Shown piece after piece: positions 60,820 to 64,000 of a stretch of 64,000 nucleotides of DNA. A program made the translations under genes and the position numbers. The stretch's first letter is position 1, and each line of letters opens with the position of its first letter. The DNA is taken from positions 864,001-928,000 of the forward strand of contig CAWJQQ010000009.1 in assembly GCA_963845065.1 (NCBI GenBank). The letters run 5' to 3'. This DNA is from Nitrospirota bacterium. Lineage in GTDB: Bacteria > Nitrospirota > UBA9217. The notes under the pieces are model-generated. The model saw only the letters and a list, made by a program, of their open reading frames with translations. It had not been told where the DNA came from and ran no database searches.

Positions 60820-61245
60820 TTCGGGAATCCCCGTCAGTGAGGCCAGGGAGGATGTCAACTAAGCTATTGAGTCTGGAGATGAAGTTGATATATTCAGGTT
60901 ACAACATGAAATGATAATCACTTGTAGTAATTACTCGGTTTGGTTTCGAATCTACCGTCACCACTTCCCTGCCAAACGGATGTGCGGCATCATCTCATTG
61001 GCGTTTTCGTCCAGTTGTTTTTGAATTACTTTAAATGCATTCATGCAGACAACATGAAGCCTGTGCAAGTAGTACGAACATAAAAAATAGGGAACAAGGA
61101 TGTATCCCTGATCCCCGAATCTTCAAAAAGTTTTCGTGATGCTGGATGTCTGTTGGCATCCGAGTCACGCTGCAATCACCTTCAGCTCCTGATATAATCA
61201 TGCATTGGCGTTATGTTCCGTTGCTAAAGAAAATAGCACGCAGGA

Positions 61246-61584
61246 TTAATTTCTTATCTCCCGACTGTTCTTGTTTTCCTGCTGGTTTAGTGTTCTCTGT
61301 TCCTGTTTGGTAATATGCCCGCCATTCTGTTTAGCCATACCCCGCTCTTCCTGACGCATATTTCTATCTTCCTTGTGAAGATTCCTTGCTTGCACTTTAG
61401 TCATCTGCCCATCTTTAACTTTACTGTTGATACGACGGTTTTGATTCTTCAGGCGTTTATTCACTTCGTGCCGACGTGGATGATTTATTGCCCAGCCCGA
61501 CTCGGCAAAAACACTTGCCATGTTACCGAGCAGAAAAATTGTTACAACCATTAGTATGAATGCCATCGTAAGCCTTCTTATCAT
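61246..61584 (-). CDS. Secreted basic helical protein
   Basis: SD AGGAGG, signal peptide, HPRRHEVNKRL...GHITKQEQRTLNQQEN. Confidence 0.8.
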   Translation of the reverse strand: MIRRLTMAFILMVVTIFLLGNMASVFAESGWAINHPRRHEVNKRLKNQNRRINSKVKDGQMTKVQARNLHKEDRNMRQEERGMAKQNGGHITKQEQRTLNQQENKNSREIRN

Positions 61585-63259
61585 ATTTTACTACCTCCTT
61601 GTCCGTGTCCTGATTTTGAACTTGAATAATGTGTCATTGATCACAGTGGATTATTCGTGGTTCCTCTAATTTATTTTTGTTAATGGTTCTATTTATCGCT
61701 GCATTAAGCTGTTGCACTACGGATGATGCTGTTTTGAAGATCATTACTGTGTGTGCTTTTGTCTTGATTGCTTCGTTGCTTGGTTTTATTTCATCAGTTT
61801 TTGGCACTGGTGCAGGTTGAGGCCTGATTTACCACTGCCAGATTAGCAGCACTTAGGTTTTGCATTCATCAAATCCAATTATTATTTACGAAAATATTCC
61901 AGTATGCTCTGTGTTTTGACACATGGACGAATAGCATCTTTGCCAAGGAGTAATTAGGGTAATTAGGATGGCTGGAAACCACCTTAATCCTTCGAGGCCA
62001 TCGGCGTAGCCGTGGCCTGTCCAGCATCTTCCTGCTATGCTAACATGCCACGCGTCTTGATGCAGTGTTCTTGACTTATTATCGGCATATTGGTCATAAT
62101 TCTTTAATTACAATGATATTACCTTGATTTTATTATCTAAATAATCCTTATCATTATTCGCTCACTACGCTACATTTGGGCAAAGCAAACATCATTCTAA
62201 TTTATTGTGAGGTAACTGAACTCGATAAGTTTCTGCTCGAGAATCGTGACTAGTTCAAACGAATCTGCAGGGGTTAGGGTATTAGCAGGTCTCAGGACGA
62301 AAGATGATTTACTCTCATTAACACACATGAGATTGACTCATATGGTGTAAATTCTCAAATTATTCCGCCTGATTTTCTCAGAATCGTTTAGACCTTTCAG
62401 ATTCATCTGGCTCTTTTTATAGCTTTGATTTTCATTAGATTAATGTCAGTCGCTCTGATGCGCTTGGTTGCTCAATAGTAGCCCTGTCCGAGCAAAGACA
62501 TGATTTATGGCAATTTTCCTGATAAGCAAGCCGTTTGGTCTGACGTAATTGAAATGGTTATGTCATTTTGAGAAAATAGGGCGAAATAGCGTGAGAGCCT
62601 ACATATGGAGTGAAATGGTATCTTAAAGAAAATCGCTCAATTAAATCTACTCAACAGGTGCATTAACGTTGAATGCTTAGACAAACATTTAAGATTGTAT
62701 TCTATCTTACTGTCGCCCTATTCTTCGGTATCATTATTACTCTTGTAACCGACAGCATCGAAAATGTCACCGTTGAAAAAAAGCATACGGAAAACGCCAG
62801 AAGACAGCGTCCGAAACGCTGTACCATCATTTAGAGATTCGGCTCCAGACGCTACGACAGCTGATGAAATAGCTTTCGTAAAAAAGTATGCCTTCAATGT
62901 CATGGGAGATAAACTTGTCGCCCGGGAACATAGTGTCGGCAGGTTGCCAGAAGGCGACAATGACGTGGTTTTTCTGTTTACTCTTAAAACGAAGGGCATG
63001 ACCTTTATTTTTATATTCAAAAGATAATTCTTGAAATCTGAACTTACCATTCTGGACATACCGGACTATATTTCCGTAATTCTACCTCAAACGAAGCCAA
63101 AGCGCCACATTACAAAAAAAAGAAAACTACCCTATCAACGTGTTCAGAAAGACCTATACTCTAAAATAGGCTATCCAATTTGAGCTAAACCGACTACTTT
63201 TCTCATACGATTTACGCAAAAAAGATTGATAACCCAAGAATAATAAATAAGTACCAGTT

Positions 63260-63275
63260 TGGCATTTGTCTTGCT
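63260..63275 (+). promoter_or_regulatory. Possible sigma54 promoter
   Basis: TGGCATTTGTCTTGCT with exact -24/-12 spacing. Confidence 0.5.
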
Positions 63276-63494
63276 TACTGAAGTCTAGTTATTTTAGAAT
63301 AATTACGTCACTTAATAATATAAAATCCATGGGTTGAGCAAAGATGTTCATCCGATAGTTCATATTCCTACTTGTTCGGGAAGGGGTTCTTGCAGGAGAA
63401 AAATATTAAAATTCGTTAAAAGATTTTTTGACAGCAAATATCATGTTTGCGCAGTTTTAGAGGTTGATATAAATTTAAAGTTGGAACAATCATA

Positions 63495-64000
63495 ATGAAA
63501 ACATTGTCTTTCACTATAGACACAAATCTTTGCATCAATTCATGGGGTGAAGAGATTGCTCATTTTACTGGCAAACCATTGGAGTCGTGTCAAGGAAACA
63601 AGTATTATGACGTTCTTCCATATATATATATTAAAGGGAACGATGCCCTTGCAGAAGTAGTACGCACAAATAAGCCGCTTTCTTTGAAAAAAATCCAAAT
63701 ACCCTGTCTATTCGCACACATTAATACCGATATAGATATCATTCCCATAAAATCGGCAAGTGGGAACGCTAGGGAAGTCAAAGTCACATTATGCCCCGAT
63801 TCGACTTGTACGGCTGCGCATAAACTAGATCAGTCGCAAAAGCTCATTAACATCGGGAAAATAGCGTCCACGCTGGCTCATGGTGTGAGAAATCCCTTGA
63901 ATGCCATTAAAGGTGCGGTTGTCTATCTCAGTGAAAAATACAGCCATGAAGCGCCGCTTGTTGAATTTACCAAGATCATGGAGGATGAAATCTCTCGTCT
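63495..64000 (+). CDS. PAS-like + HisKA sensor histidine kinase, 3'-partial (absent from the ORF track)
   Basis: Open frame MKTLSFTID...LINIGKIASTLAHGVRNPLNAIKG...EISR runs off the window edge. Confidence 0.88.
   Translation, partial: MKTLSFTIDTNLCINSWGEEIAHFTGKPLESCQGNKYYDVLPYIYIKGNDALAEVVRTNKPLSLKKIQIPCLFAHINTDIDIIPIKSASGNAREVKVTLCPDSTCTAAHKLDQSQKLINIGKIASTLAHGVRNPLNAIKGAVVYLSEKYSHEAPLVEFTKIMEDEISR

Larger units (their letters stand above)
59378..60858 (+). mobile_element. Second IS200/IS605-family TnpB-only element
   Basis: TTTAT upstream, left hairpin ccccggcc-gta-ggccgggg, right end ...gaggatgTCAA. Confidence 0.88.

Noticed and set aside
61600..63200. AT-rich region with overlapping ORFs 62718-63059 and 62764-63027
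   Set aside because: No RBS or motif support for either frame

Overview
A 64-kb accessory-rich stretch of a bacterial chromosome. The gene content suggests an anaerobe, perhaps Nitrospirota or Desulfobacterota (inference only). (1) 1-19.7 kb looks like a phosphate-starvation island. It holds C-P lyase genes phnI(partial)JKLM with three accessory genes, a phnD-phnC-phnE(tandem) transporter, small unknown genes, a PHP+GT4 fusion with a frameshifted radical SAM gene, a GT87 and a PhoB-like regulator. Three Pho-box-type promoters are readable in the sequence. (2) 22-28.4 kb is an anaerobic B12 lower-ligand locus: cobalamin riboswitch, bzaC-bzaD-bzaE-like genes, a second cobalamin riboswitch, then bzaF. 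(3) The rest is a mosaic: DUF3443/DUF2844, an ECF sigma / small membrane protein / atypical signal peptidase module with two matching promoters, chrA, a sigma54-driven PII, an HD-GYP / Arg-rich peptide / tandem PilZ cluster, an ABC-MFP-TolC exporter, ADH, nitroreductase and a partial sensor kinase. The ORF track misses two likely rhodanese selenoproteins (YCxU, each with a SECIS-like hairpin 14 nt after UGA). It also misses a dense set of IS200/IS605-derived elements: two TnpB-only elements, a promoter-bearing deletion derivative and at least three families of 117-144 bp palindromic MITEs bounded by TTTAT|...TTCA. No rRNA, tRNA or CRISPR array was seen. All calls come from reading the sequence; no searches were run.
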